Shown piece after piece: positions 8,062-16,793 of a stretch of DNA of 64,000 bases. Position 1 is the first letter of the stretch; each line of letters begins with the position of its first letter. The notes below the pieces were generated by a model that saw nothing but the letters and a program-made list of their open reading frames with translations, was not told where the DNA came from and ran no database searches. Source of the DNA: Phycisphaerales bacterium (lineage in GTDB: Bacteria; Planctomycetota; Phycisphaerae; Phycisphaerales; UBA1924); the NCBI GenBank assembly GCA_029260375.1, contig JAJDDI010000009.1, forward strand, positions 34,275 through 98,274, given 5' to 3'. The translations under genes were made by a program, and so were the position numbers.

Positions 8062-8751
8062 ATGCGTACTTTGGATCGAGTCGTGCTTCTTCTGCTTGGC
8101 GTCGGTGTGCTGACGCTGGTTCTCGGCCTGCGTGCCGTCCCCGCCCAGGATTCGGGCCAGCGGCTGGCGAGTGCCGACGTGCTGACCCTCGTCGAAGATG
8201 TGCTCCGGACCGGCACGTACGCCGACCCGCGCATGGAGCTGGAGACGGAGCTCGTCGGGCAGATGCGGGACATGCAGGCCCAGCTGCAGTTCATGTCGCA
8301 GCAGCTGCAGAGCATGCAGCCTGGCGACCCGCAGGGCCAGCAGATCTACAACACCATGCAGGCCAAGCAGGCGGAGCTGCAGCAGTTCCAGCAGTCGTCG
8401 CTCGAGCGCTTCCAGCAGTTGAGCGCGGACCAGGCGAAGGAGACGTACGCGATGGTGCGGGCGGCGACGAGCGTCGTCGCGGAGCGTGAAGGGTTCTCGC
8501 ACGTCATCGCGAACCGCGCGAGCGCCGAGATCGGCGAGGCGCCGACGCTGACAGCCGTGACACAGGAGATCCTTGCCCGCCCGATGGCCGTCGGTTCGGA
8601 TCGAAACGATCTGACGCCGATGGTCCGGGCGGAGCTGGGCCTGCCCGAGCCGGGGAGCGAGCCCGAGGCGAACGCCGAGGACGCGGTCAACGACGCGGCG
8701 CAGGACGCCGGCGAGGCCGCGGATCAGGCAACGGAACCGCCGGCGCCGTGA
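8062..8751 (+). CDS. OmpH/Skp-like periplasmic chaperone
   Basis: Start moved to ATG 8062 (MRTLDRVVLLLLGVGVLTLVLG signal/TM). Gln-rich coiled-coil core (QMRDMQAQLQFMSQQLQ...QAELQQFQQ) typical of OmpH. Confidence 0.6.
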   Translation: MRTLDRVVLLLLGVGVLTLVLGLRAVPAQDSGQRLASADVLTLVEDVLRTGTYADPRMELETELVGQMRDMQAQLQFMSQQLQSMQPGDPQGQQIYNTMQAKQAELQQFQQSSLERFQQLSADQAKETYAMVRAATSVVAEREGFSHVIANRASAEIGEAPTLTAVTQEILARPMAVGSDRNDLTPMVRAELGLPEPGSEPEANAEDAVNDAAQDAGEAADQATEPPAP

Positions 8752-9431
8752 TCTCGCAGGCGTGCGTTGATCGCGCGGGCGAGCTCGTCCTTGACCTGAT
8801 CCATGCTCGGCGCCGCGTCGCCTAGGACGCGGTCGAGGCTGGTGACCGCGCGCCCGTGCAGGCCGCATGGCACGATCAGGTCGAAGTGCGAGAGGTCCGG
8901 GCGGACGTTGATCGCGAGCCCGTGCATGGTGACCCACCGCCGGACGCGGATGCCGATGGCGCAGATCTTGGCGTTGGCGCCCCCGTGCTCGACCCAGACG
9001 CCGGTGGCTTCGGGGTCGCGTGAGCCCTGCACCCCGAAGGCGCCCAGGGCGTCGATGACGCTGGCCTCGAGCAGACGGACGTGATCGTGGATACCCAGGC
9101 GGAGGCGCTTGAGGTCGAGGATGGGGTAGGCGACGAGCTGGCCCGGGCCGTGGTAGGTCACGTCCCCGCCCCGGTTGGTCTGGGTCAGGGCGACGCCCCG
9201 ATGGGCCAGGAGTTCTTCTGATGCCAGCACGTGCTCCGCGGCCGCGGGTCGGCGGGTGAGCGTGATGACCGGGTCGTGCTCGACGAAGAGCAGCTCGCCC
9301 GGGGAGGAGCCGGGCTCGTCGCGTCGGGCGAGGACTGCCTCGTTGAGCGCGGCCTGCCGCTCGTAGGCCCGGGCGTAGTCCATGCGTCCCAGGTCGGTCA
9401 CCCTGATGATCGGATCGTCCACGGGGCGCAC
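8724..9431 (-). CDS. lipB: Octanoyltransferase (lipoyl(octanoyl) transferase) LipB
   Basis: LLFVEHDPVITLTRR, NRGGDVTYHGPGQLVAYPILDL, KICAIGIRVRRWVTMHGLAINV. Confidence 0.9.
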   Translation of the reverse strand: MRPVDDPIIRVTDLGRMDYARAYERQAALNEAVLARRDEPGSSPGELLFVEHDPVITLTRRPAAAEHVLASEELLAHRGVALTQTNRGGDVTYHGPGQLVAYPILDLKRLRLGIHDHVRLLEASVIDALGAFGVQGSRDPEATGVWVEHGGANAKICAIGIRVRRWVTMHGLAINVRPDLSHFDLIVPCGLHGRAVTSLDRVLGDAAPSMDQVKDELARAINARLRDHGAGGSVA

Positions 9432-9454
9432 TGTACGCCCCCTACAGTTGCGGC

Positions 9455-10294
9455 ATGACGATGACCTCGACCAGTGTTCACCCCACCGCCATCGTGTCCG
9501 ACGAGGCCCAGCTGGGCGACGGCGTGGAGATCGGCGCGTACTGCATCGTCCGCGGACCGGTCACTCTGGGCGATGGCGTCCGCCTGATCTCGCACGTGTG
9601 CATCGATGGGCCGGGCCAGATCGGGGCGGGGACCATCGTCCACCCGTTCGTGAGGCTCGGGGGATCGGCGCAGGACCGGAAGATTGGGCCCGAGGACGTG
9701 ACCGCCGGCTTCGTCGTGGGTGAGGCGGGCATCATCCGCGAGTACGCGACCGTCCACGCGGCGACCAACGATCACACGCCCACGAGCGTGGGCGACCGGA
9801 TCTTCATGATGTGCGCCAGCCACGTCGGGCACGACGCGCGGGTGGGCAACGACGTGAACCTGATCAACGGGTGCCTGCTGGCGGGGCACGTCGTCGTTGA
9901 GGACAACGTCAACATCTCGGGCAACGCCGCGGTGCATCAGCACTGTCACATCGGGCGCCTGGGCATGGTCTCGGGAGGCGTGGTGCTCACGATGGACATG
10001 CTCCCGTTCTGCACGGCAATCCTGCGCAACCGGATCGCGGGCGTGAACCTCGTGGGGATGCGACGCGCCGGGATGGACCGGCTCGAAATCCAGGCGGTCC
10101 GCGACGCGTACCGGGACCTGGTCCGGACGGGGATGGCCAGGCAGGATCTCATCGCGGAGCTGCGGGCACGCGGCGAGGGTCGGTTCCCGGCGCTGCTGGA
10201 AATGGCGAGCTTCGCCGAGAACGCCAAGCGAGGACTCGCGCCCGGGCTGCGAACCGCCAGGCGTGACTCCTTCGAAGGCGACATGCTGGCGTGA
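9455..10294 (+). CDS. lpxA: Acyl-ACP--UDP-N-acetylglucosamine O-acyltransferase LpxA
   Basis: Left-handed beta-helix hexapeptide repeats (VHPTAIVSDEAQLGDGVEIGAYCIVRGPVTLGDGV...) and an LpxA-type C-terminal helical domain. Confidence 0.9.
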   Translation: MTMTSTSVHPTAIVSDEAQLGDGVEIGAYCIVRGPVTLGDGVRLISHVCIDGPGQIGAGTIVHPFVRLGGSAQDRKIGPEDVTAGFVVGEAGIIREYATVHAATNDHTPTSVGDRIFMMCASHVGHDARVGNDVNLINGCLLAGHVVVEDNVNISGNAAVHQHCHIGRLGMVSGGVVLTMDMLPFCTAILRNRIAGVNLVGMRRAGMDRLEIQAVRDAYRDLVRTGMARQDLIAELRARGEGRFPALLEMASFAENAKRGLAPGLRTARRDSFEGDMLA

Positions 10295-11232
10295 GCGAAA
10301 GGATCGATGGACCGATGCCCACACCGGCCTTCCCGACGCTGACCGACGCGACCCCGGCGGCGCTGTGCGTGCTCGCGTCGGGCTCGTCGGGCAACTGCTC
10401 CGTGCTGCTGCGCCGGAGCGAGCGGGGCGTACGGGGCACGCTGATCGATGCGGGGCTGAGCCCGAGGCGGACGCGCCGCCTGCTGGCCCAACGCGGGACG
10501 CCGCTGCGGAGCATCGACGAGATTCTGCTCACCCACCTCGACTCGGACCACTTCCACGCGGGCTGGATGCGCGAGCTGGACCGGGGTGTGGGCGACCTGC
10601 GCGCAACACTCCTGGTGCACGAGCGCCACGCGAAGCGCCTGGCCTCGATCGCGACGCCCCCGCAGCGAACCGAGTACTTCGACGACACGATCCATATCAG
10701 CGGGGCCCGCGTCGATGCGGCTCTGCTGTCGCACGATCAGCTCGGCGTCGCCGCGTTCAGGTTTGACTTTGACGGAGGCGAGAACGCCTCGCTCGGGTTC
10801 GCGACGGACGTGGGGCGTCCGACCGACGAGCTGGTGACGCGCCTGCACGGCGTGAGCACGCTGGCGATCGAGTCGAACTATTGCCCGGTGCTGCAGCGCG
10901 AATCGCCCCGCCCGGGGTTTCTCAAGGCGAGGATCATGGGCGGCTCGGGGCACCTGAGCAACGAGCAGTGCGCCAGAACCGTCAAACGGATCGTGCCACG
11001 GGAGCGGGTCGTGCTGCTGCACCTTTCGCGCCAGTGCAACACGCCGGAGCGGGCCTCTGCGGCGCATCTGGGCGAGCACTACGAGACGACGGTCACGGAC
11101 CAGCACCGATCGACCGGGTGGATCCCGATCTCGGCAGCGCTCGGCGCGGCGCCCCCGCTTCCGGCGCCCTTGATGCTCGAGACGCTCCCGCTGTTCGGGG
11201 AGCGCCAGCGGAGCGACCGATCGTGCCGGTGA
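10291..11232 (+). CDS. MBL-fold metallo-hydrolase
   Basis: GTG start overlapping the lpxA stop (GTGA). LASGSSGNCSVLL...LIDAGL...LLTHLDSDHF (HxDxDH-type metal motif). Confidence 0.7.
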   Translation: MSERIDGPMPTPAFPTLTDATPAALCVLASGSSGNCSVLLRRSERGVRGTLIDAGLSPRRTRRLLAQRGTPLRSIDEILLTHLDSDHFHAGWMRELDRGVGDLRATLLVHERHAKRLASIATPPQRTEYFDDTIHISGARVDAALLSHDQLGVAAFRFDFDGGENASLGFATDVGRPTDELVTRLHGVSTLAIESNYCPVLQRESPRPGFLKARIMGGSGHLSNEQCARTVKRIVPRERVVLLHLSRQCNTPERASAAHLGEHYETTVTDQHRSTGWIPISAALGAAPPLPAPLMLETLPLFGERQRSDRSCR

Positions 11233-12047
11233 CCCGCCCGAGCCTGGCGCCGACGCACGGGGGCGACCGGCGACCGGCGGCGCGCCTGCGCATCGATTCC
11301 GCCCAGCGCGCTGTCGTCTCCTGGCTCGCCTCGGTGTTCCGCGTGCGCCAGACCTTGCGGGTTGATGATGTCCGGTACAAGGAACGCACGCGCACGCCGC
11401 TGCGACGTTCCCTGGGCAGGCACGGCGAGGGGGAGAAGATCTACGACGTCCGCTTCCCGGGTCCGGACGCTCCGGCGCCGATGGCCATCCACGCGACGCG
11501 CCACCGGGTCTTTGCGGATCTGGCCCCTTGCTCGCGGGCGGAGTCCATCGGCGTGCTCCGCCCGCTTATCCGCCCCGGCTGGCGCGTGTTCGAGGTCGGG
11601 TGCGCCACGGGCGGGGGATCCGCCCTGCTGAGCGAACTGGTCGGACCCTCGGGCGGGGTCGTGAGTGTGGGGACCGACCGGGAGTCGATCCGGTACGCGA
11701 GGCGTCGGTACCGGAGGGCGAATCTCGGGTTCGAGCTGGGCGGGATCGAGACGCTCGACGGCGAGACCGACGGCGCCTTCGACGCCGTGATCGCCCACCG
11801 GGCGCCCGAGCCCGGCACGGGCGGCGAGGACGCGGACCTGAAGGAACTCTGGCGCGTCGTCGCCCCGGGGGGCCTGCTGGCCTGCCGAAGCACGCAATCC
11901 GGCGACACGAGCGCCCCCGTCGAGACCACCGAGATGCGGGTCCGGACGACGTGCAGGGACGCGGAGATCGACCACGCCCGGTCCCCGGACCGGGAGATCA
12001 CGTGGGTCCTGGCGAGGCGCCCGAGCGATCGCTCCGACCCAGATTGA
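11223..12047 (+). CDS. Class I SAM-dependent methyltransferase
   Basis: Motif I VFEVGCATGGGSALL and post-I VVSVGTD. The start is approximate (GTG 11223). The longer ORF from 10881 overlaps the MBL gene in another frame. Confidence 0.6.
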   Translation: MPVTRPSLAPTHGGDRRPAARLRIDSAQRAVVSWLASVFRVRQTLRVDDVRYKERTRTPLRRSLGRHGEGEKIYDVRFPGPDAPAPMAIHATRHRVFADLAPCSRAESIGVLRPLIRPGWRVFEVGCATGGGSALLSELVGPSGGVVSVGTDRESIRYARRRYRRANLGFELGGIETLDGETDGAFDAVIAHRAPEPGTGGEDADLKELWRVVAPGGLLACRSTQSGDTSAPVETTEMRVRTTCRDAEIDHARSPDREITWVLARRPSDRSDPD

Positions 12048-12051
12048 TCGG

Positions 12052-12522
12052 ATGGCCCGTTCCCGGGGCGATACCCTCTGGGTGATGGAGAACATAGAAA
12101 CCACACTCAACGACCCGGCTCGCTTCGCGGCGCACACCACGGGCGACCCGGCCAAAACCCGCGCCTTCGCGATCGACGCGGCGCTCTCGCTCGTCGACGA
12201 CAAGTGCGAGGACGTGCTCGTGCTCGACGTGAGCAAGACCTCGCCCGTCACGGACTACATCATCATCGGCACGGGCACGTCCGAACGCCAGATGAACGCG
12301 GCCCTGCGAAACGCCAGCGACATCGGCGAGGAGCGCGGCTTCCCCCGGTACCGCAAGCACATCGACGAGCGCGGCGCCTGGCAGCTGGCGGACTTTGTCG
12401 ATGTGGTCGTCCACCTCTTCGAGCCGAACATGCGGGCGCACTACGACCTTGAGATGCTCTGGGGTGAGGCGCCGCGGGTGGACCTGCCCGACCGCGCCCC
12501 TCCCGGGACCGGCGCGTCGTGA
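12052..12522 (+). CDS. rsfS: Ribosome silencing factor RsfS (iojap-like)
   Basis: DVLVLDVSKTSPVTDYIIIGTGTSERQ...WQLADFVDVVVHLFEPNMRAHYDLEMLW. Confidence 0.85.
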   Translation: MARSRGDTLWVMENIETTLNDPARFAAHTTGDPAKTRAFAIDAALSLVDDKCEDVLVLDVSKTSPVTDYIIIGTGTSERQMNAALRNASDIGEERGFPRYRKHIDERGAWQLADFVDVVVHLFEPNMRAHYDLEMLWGEAPRVDLPDRAPPGTGAS

Positions 12523-13676
12523 GTTCGGTGGTCCGGGTCGAGCTGGGCGAGCGTGCCTATGACGTGCGCGTTGGCGCGGGAGCACTCAGCTCGCTGGCGT
12601 CACACCTTGCTCAGGTTCTGGGCTCGGCGCCCCAGCGGGCGCTGCTCGTGATCGACGAGGGCATCCCCGCGCCGGCTGTCGAGCGGGTGGTCCTTCACCT
12701 TGAGGGCGCCGGGATCACGCTGACGCAGGCCCGTGTGAACCCGACCGAGCGTGTGAAGTCGCTCGAGACATACGAGCGACTGCTGGCCTCGGCGGCCGAG
12801 GCGCGTCTTGAACGCAACGACCCCGTGATCGCCCTGGGCGGCGGGATCGTGGGCGATCTGGCGGGGTTTGTCGCCGCGACGTACCGGCGCGGCGTTCCCG
12901 TGATCCAGTGCCCCAGCACCCTGCTCTCGATGGTGGACGCCTCCGTCGGGGGCAAGACGGGCGTGAACCTCTCGGCCAGCCTCGGCGGGCGTCAACGCCT
13001 GCTCAAGAACTTCGTCGGGGCGTTCCACCAGCCCCGACTCGTTGTTGCCGACACGGACATGCTCGCGTCGCTTGAGCCGCGCGTCTTCCGTGCCGGGCTG
13101 GGCGAGTGCGTAAAGCATGCGATGATCGCCGGCTCCGAGGACCTGCTGGCGTGGACCGAGTCCAGCGCCGACGCGATCCTCGCCCACGACCCCGACGCGC
13201 TGGCCCAGCTCGTCGGGAAGAGCGTGACACTCAAGGCGCGGGTGGTCGCGGGAGACGAGCGGGAGACCGCCGCGGACGGGGGGCGGGCGCTGCTCAACCT
13301 GGGGCACACCTTCGCGCACGCGATCGAGACGCTCGGGGGCGTGCGCAAGCGGGGATCGGACGATCCCGGTCTTCAGCACGGCGAGGCGGTCTCGATCGGG
13401 CTCGTCGCCGCCCTCGCGGCGGGCGAGAAGCTCGCCATGGTCGATGGCTCGCTGACACGCCGGGTCGTGGCGCTGCTGGATCGTCTGGGCCTGCCCACGG
13501 GCGCCCAGGGCCTGCCGCCAGCGGCGGAACTGATGGGCGCGATGATCGACGACAAGAAGACCGTCGGCGGGCGCCTGCGCCTGATCGTGCCCACCGGCGT
13601 CGGTCAGGCCCGGGTCGTGCAAGACCCCGAGCCGGGCGCGGTCCGCGCCGGGCTGGCGGCGATCGGCGCCCCCTGA
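12519..13676 (+). CDS. aroB: 3-dehydroquinate synthase AroB
   Basis: GGGIVGDLAGFVAATYRRGVPVIQCPSTLLSMVDASVGGKTGVN...LNLGHTFAHAIE. GTGA overlap with rsfS. Confidence 0.9.
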   Translation: MSSVVRVELGERAYDVRVGAGALSSLASHLAQVLGSAPQRALLVIDEGIPAPAVERVVLHLEGAGITLTQARVNPTERVKSLETYERLLASAAEARLERNDPVIALGGGIVGDLAGFVAATYRRGVPVIQCPSTLLSMVDASVGGKTGVNLSASLGGRQRLLKNFVGAFHQPRLVVADTDMLASLEPRVFRAGLGECVKHAMIAGSEDLLAWTESSADAILAHDPDALAQLVGKSVTLKARVVAGDERETAADGGRALLNLGHTFAHAIETLGGVRKRGSDDPGLQHGEAVSIGLVAALAAGEKLAMVDGSLTRRVVALLDRLGLPTGAQGLPPAAELMGAMIDDKKTVGGRLRLIVPTGVGQARVVQDPEPGAVRAGLAAIGAP

Positions 13677-13838
13677 TCGGGCCTGACGGGCGCGCCCAAC
13701 CACCGGGCAAAGCGGGTTCTGGAGCGATCGAGCGGGGCGGCCCGATAAGGCCTCAAGCCGTCGGTTCGCCATCGCCCGCCGCGATCGGACCCGGCGGCGA
13801 TCACGTTCAGTGCCCGACGGGGCAGCGAGGCCCGGCCC

Positions 13839-15347
13839 GTGCGGACGATCGCGATCATCAACCAGAAGGGCGGTTGCGGGAAGACCACCAGCGCGATCAA
13901 TCTCGCGGCGGTCTTCGCCCGGCGCGGGTTCCGGACGCTGCTGGTCGACCTTGACCCTCAGTCGCACTGTGCCGCGGGCCTGGGCGTTCCCGAGGAACAG
14001 ATCGAGCGTGACGTGGCCGACGCGCTGCTGGCGCCGTCCGACGCCCGCCTCGACCGGGGCCAGCTGCTCTGGCGGGTGACACGGGGGCTGGATCTGCTTC
14101 CCAGCCGGATGCGGCTGGCGGGGCTCGAGTCGAGCCGGGGCGGTCTGTCCGACGCGCCCGACAAGGATCACCGCCTCGCGTCGGTGATCGACCGGCTGAG
14201 CCGAGCCCACACCGAGACGGGCGAGAGCGACGAGCCCGAGCGGGTGTTTGATATCTGCCTGATCGACTGCCCGCCCTCGATCGGGCTGCTGACCTACAAC
14301 GCGCTGGTCGCGGCCCGCGAGCTGATCGTGCCGGTCGAGACGAGCTATTTCGCGCTCAAGGGCGCCGAGAAGCAGGTCAAAACCATGCGTTCGATCGGTC
14401 GGCGCCTGGGCGTGCGGAACCGGGCGCGACTGCTCCCGACCCTGCACGACGCCTCGGTCCCGATCTCCCGCGACCTGCTCGACGAGATGCGGTCCAAGTT
14501 CGGGGGCCTGCTGATCCCCACGATCATCCGCGCCGACGCGGCCCTGCGCGAGGCCGCGAGCGTGGGACGCCCCGTGATCGACCACGCACCGGACTCAACG
14601 GGAGCCGAGGACTACACGTCGCTGTGCGAGTGGCTCGAGGAGCACGCGCGGATCGACAAGACCGAGTTCCACGAGGGCGACGACGAGTTGATCCGTCCGA
14701 TCGAACGCCCGGCGAACGTGACCGTCATGCCCCATGCCCAGCAGGCTGTGCTCAGCCGGACCGAGCCCGCCGGGCCACCGCCCTCCCGCCTGGACGAGCT
14801 CACAGCCCGGGTGCGTGAGATGAAGCGGGCCGGCGAGACGAGTCCGCTCAGCGTCTCGCAACGCCTCGATGCGCTTCGAACGGTCGCGAGCGTGAACGCG
14901 GCGCCTACTCGCCCCCCCGCTGAATCCTCATTCGCGGCCATGGCTGCCACGCCCGCCCCGGTCACGCCCCTGACACTGGTCGAGTCCACCCCCGAGCCGG
15001 CCCGTCCGCTCGACGCCGGCGCCCGGGCGCTGCTGGGCTCCCGCCCGACGGCGCGGGGCGTGCTGTTCGTGCTGCCCTTGGCGCTGGGCGATCGAGTCTG
15101 CATCGCGGGCGACTTCAACGGGTGGCAGGGCGATCGGCACGAGATGCGCCGCAACCCGGACCGAGGTGTGTACGAGCTCGAGATCCCCATGAGCCCGGGC
15201 GAGTACCAGTACCGGCTCGTGATCGATGGGCGCTGGTCCGTCGATCCGTACGCGGGCGGGTGCGCCCTGAACAGCAGCGGTGAACCAAACAGCGTAGTCC
15301 GCGTCCCGGCCCGTGCCGGCGCGGAACGCAGCGAAGCGAGACACTGA
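13839..15347 (+). CDS. ParA/MinD-family ATPase with C-terminal AMPK-beta/CBM48-like glycogen-binding domain
   Basis: Deviant Walker A IINQKGGCGKTTSAINLA. C-terminal VLFVLPLALGDRVCIAGDFNGWQGDRHEMRRNPDRGVYELEIPMSPGEYQYRLVIDGRWSVDP matches the AMPK-beta GBD / isoamylase-N pattern. Confidence 0.8.
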   Translation: MRTIAIINQKGGCGKTTSAINLAAVFARRGFRTLLVDLDPQSHCAAGLGVPEEQIERDVADALLAPSDARLDRGQLLWRVTRGLDLLPSRMRLAGLESSRGGLSDAPDKDHRLASVIDRLSRAHTETGESDEPERVFDICLIDCPPSIGLLTYNALVAARELIVPVETSYFALKGAEKQVKTMRSIGRRLGVRNRARLLPTLHDASVPISRDLLDEMRSKFGGLLIPTIIRADAALREAASVGRPVIDHAPDSTGAEDYTSLCEWLEEHARIDKTEFHEGDDELIRPIERPANVTVMPHAQQAVLSRTEPAGPPPSRLDELTARVREMKRAGETSPLSVSQRLDALRTVASVNAAPTRPPAESSFAAMAATPAPVTPLTLVESTPEPARPLDAGARALLGSRPTARGVLFVLPLALGDRVCIAGDFNGWQGDRHEMRRNPDRGVYELEIPMSPGEYQYRLVIDGRWSVDPYAGGCALNSSGEPNSVVRVPARAGAERSEARH

Positions 15348-16720
15348 TGGACGGCGCCGATTACACCGAGCATTCCGAGTACCTCCCCGCGACCGCACGC
15401 CCCACGCCTGGCGATGAGTTCGACGCGCTGGCGGACCTGTTCCTGGGCGACACGCCGCTGGCGCCCACGGGCGATGCACGCGACCCCCAGCCGCGATCGA
15501 CCGGGACCGACCCCGTCCCCGTCCGGGCGCCCACGCCGCGGGGCGCGGCCGCCCGGACGCCGCGCCTCGAGGCGGTGGTCCTCGGGCACCTGCCCGTGCG
15601 CGCGTCGATATGGGTGCGTCAGTACGCGGGCTCGGTCGCCGACGCGACGCAGGCGCCGGTGGCCCTGCTGCGCGTCTCGCCCGACGCGACGACGCTCGAG
15701 CTCGTCGGCGCCGGCGTACGTCATGGCGACGAGCACACGAACATCCGCGACGCGATCGCCGACGCCCGCGGGCGCACTGCCCACTGGATTGTTCGGGTCG
15801 AGGAGACCGACGAGCCCACGCTCATCGCCCGCGACGACCTGGACGAGATCACCGTGCTGACGGGAGCGGACGAGGCGGCGGTTGTCGCGTCGTACCGCCT
15901 GATGAAGTCGCTCGCGGCGGACTGGGACCGGCGCCTTGACGAGGACGAGGGCCCGGCGCTGTGCCTGGCGATCATGGGCGCCAACAGTGAGGAAGCGCTC
16001 GTCGCGGGCGAAAAGCTCGAGCGGGCCGCCCGCGCGTTCCTGCAGCGCCCGGTCCAGGTCTCGGCCCGGGTACCGCGCATCGGCGCGGTCGGGTCCGCGG
16101 CTCTGTTCCGCGGCGAGCCCGGCGAGAGCCTGGAGACACTCTTGACACTCATCTCCGGAACAACCCCGCTGACGGCGGACGCCCCGTGCCTGCGTCTGGC
16201 CTCCGAGAAGGGCCCGCCGGCACACCCCGCGTCCACCCCCACCGCCACCCCTGCGGCGCGTCATTCGCCCGCCGACGCCCCGGCCCTGCCCGCTCGGGAG
16301 CACGCGACGGCTGCAACGCGGTCCGAGCACGCCAGGCCGGCGCCGATGAGTTCGATCATCCCGGGCCTCACGCTGCTTGAGACGCGCTGCCCGAAGGCCG
16401 GGCGTGTGGAACTGGCGACCGACGAGGCGGGGCGCCTGCACCTGATCGCGCGGTCCGGGACCGATCCGTCGCAGCCGGTTGACACGCTGATCTCGACGAG
16501 CGCCTGGGCGCGCGAGCACCTGCCCCTGCTGCTGCGGGCGGAGCCGACGCTGGCAGCGCCCAGCGCGGACCCGGCCTCCGAATCGGAACCGGTGCTGCAC
16601 CTGGTGACGACCGAGCCCAAGCTCATCCGCCCGCTGCTCGACGCGGACGTGCGGGTGCACCTGCTGACCGAGATCGAGGTCGGCGGGCAGGTCGCCAGGG
16701 TGACCACCGAGCTGAACTGA
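15347..16720 (+). CDS. Hypothetical protein coupled to the ParA-CBM gene; central region resembles a ParA/MinD fold lacking Walker A
   Basis: ATG overlaps the upstream TGA by 1 nt. The pattern LEAVVLGHLPVRASIWV...VALLRV...WIVRVEE...ITVLTGADEAAVVASYRLMKSL...LCLAIMGANSEE follows the strand/helix order of ParA-like NTPases, but there is no GKT. Confidence 0.5.
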   Translation: MDGADYTEHSEYLPATARPTPGDEFDALADLFLGDTPLAPTGDARDPQPRSTGTDPVPVRAPTPRGAAARTPRLEAVVLGHLPVRASIWVRQYAGSVADATQAPVALLRVSPDATTLELVGAGVRHGDEHTNIRDAIADARGRTAHWIVRVEETDEPTLIARDDLDEITVLTGADEAAVVASYRLMKSLAADWDRRLDEDEGPALCLAIMGANSEEALVAGEKLERAARAFLQRPVQVSARVPRIGAVGSAALFRGEPGESLETLLTLISGTTPLTADAPCLRLASEKGPPAHPASTPTATPAARHSPADAPALPAREHATAATRSEHARPAPMSSIIPGLTLLETRCPKAGRVELATDEAGRLHLIARSGTDPSQPVDTLISTSAWAREHLPLLLRAEPTLAAPSADPASESEPVLHLVTTEPKLIRPLLDADVRVHLLTEIEVGGQVARVTTELN

Positions 16721-16743
16721 TCGCACGCGGACCAAACGACAAA

Positions 16744-16768
16744 CGCCCCGGACCATCGGCCCGGGGCG
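16744..16768. terminator. Hairpin between convergent genes (possible bidirectional terminator)
   Basis: cgccccgg-9 nt-ccggggcg between the 457-aa gene (+) and clpX (-). Confidence 0.4.
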
Positions 16769-16793
16769 CTGTTGTACAAAGATGGAGCCCGAA

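Noticed and set aside
10881-11222. Upstream extension of the SAM-methyltransferase ORF.
   Set aside because: It overlaps the MBL hydrolase gene in another frame and has no methyltransferase motifs. The start was placed near the MBL stop.
13677-13838. Search for a parS-like palindrome or parB near the ParA-like gene.
   Set aside because: No TGTTTCACGTGAAACA-like site or ParB-like ORF was found. There is only an 8-bp inverted repeat (atcgggcc/ggcccgat) with a ~56-nt spacer, which is unremarkable.
12600-14585. 661-aa minus-strand ORF spanning aroB and the ParA-like gene. The same applies to 14612..16756 (-), 16782..18989 (+), 23718..25595 (-), 27750..30311 (+), 28906..31116 (-), 53552..55249 (+), 55074..57743 (+) and 61941..62948 (-).
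   Set aside because: Each lies antisense to or out of frame with a gene that has clear family motifs. Their translations are Arg/Gly/Pro/Ala-rich with no motifs. They are the shadow ORFs typical of high-GC DNA.
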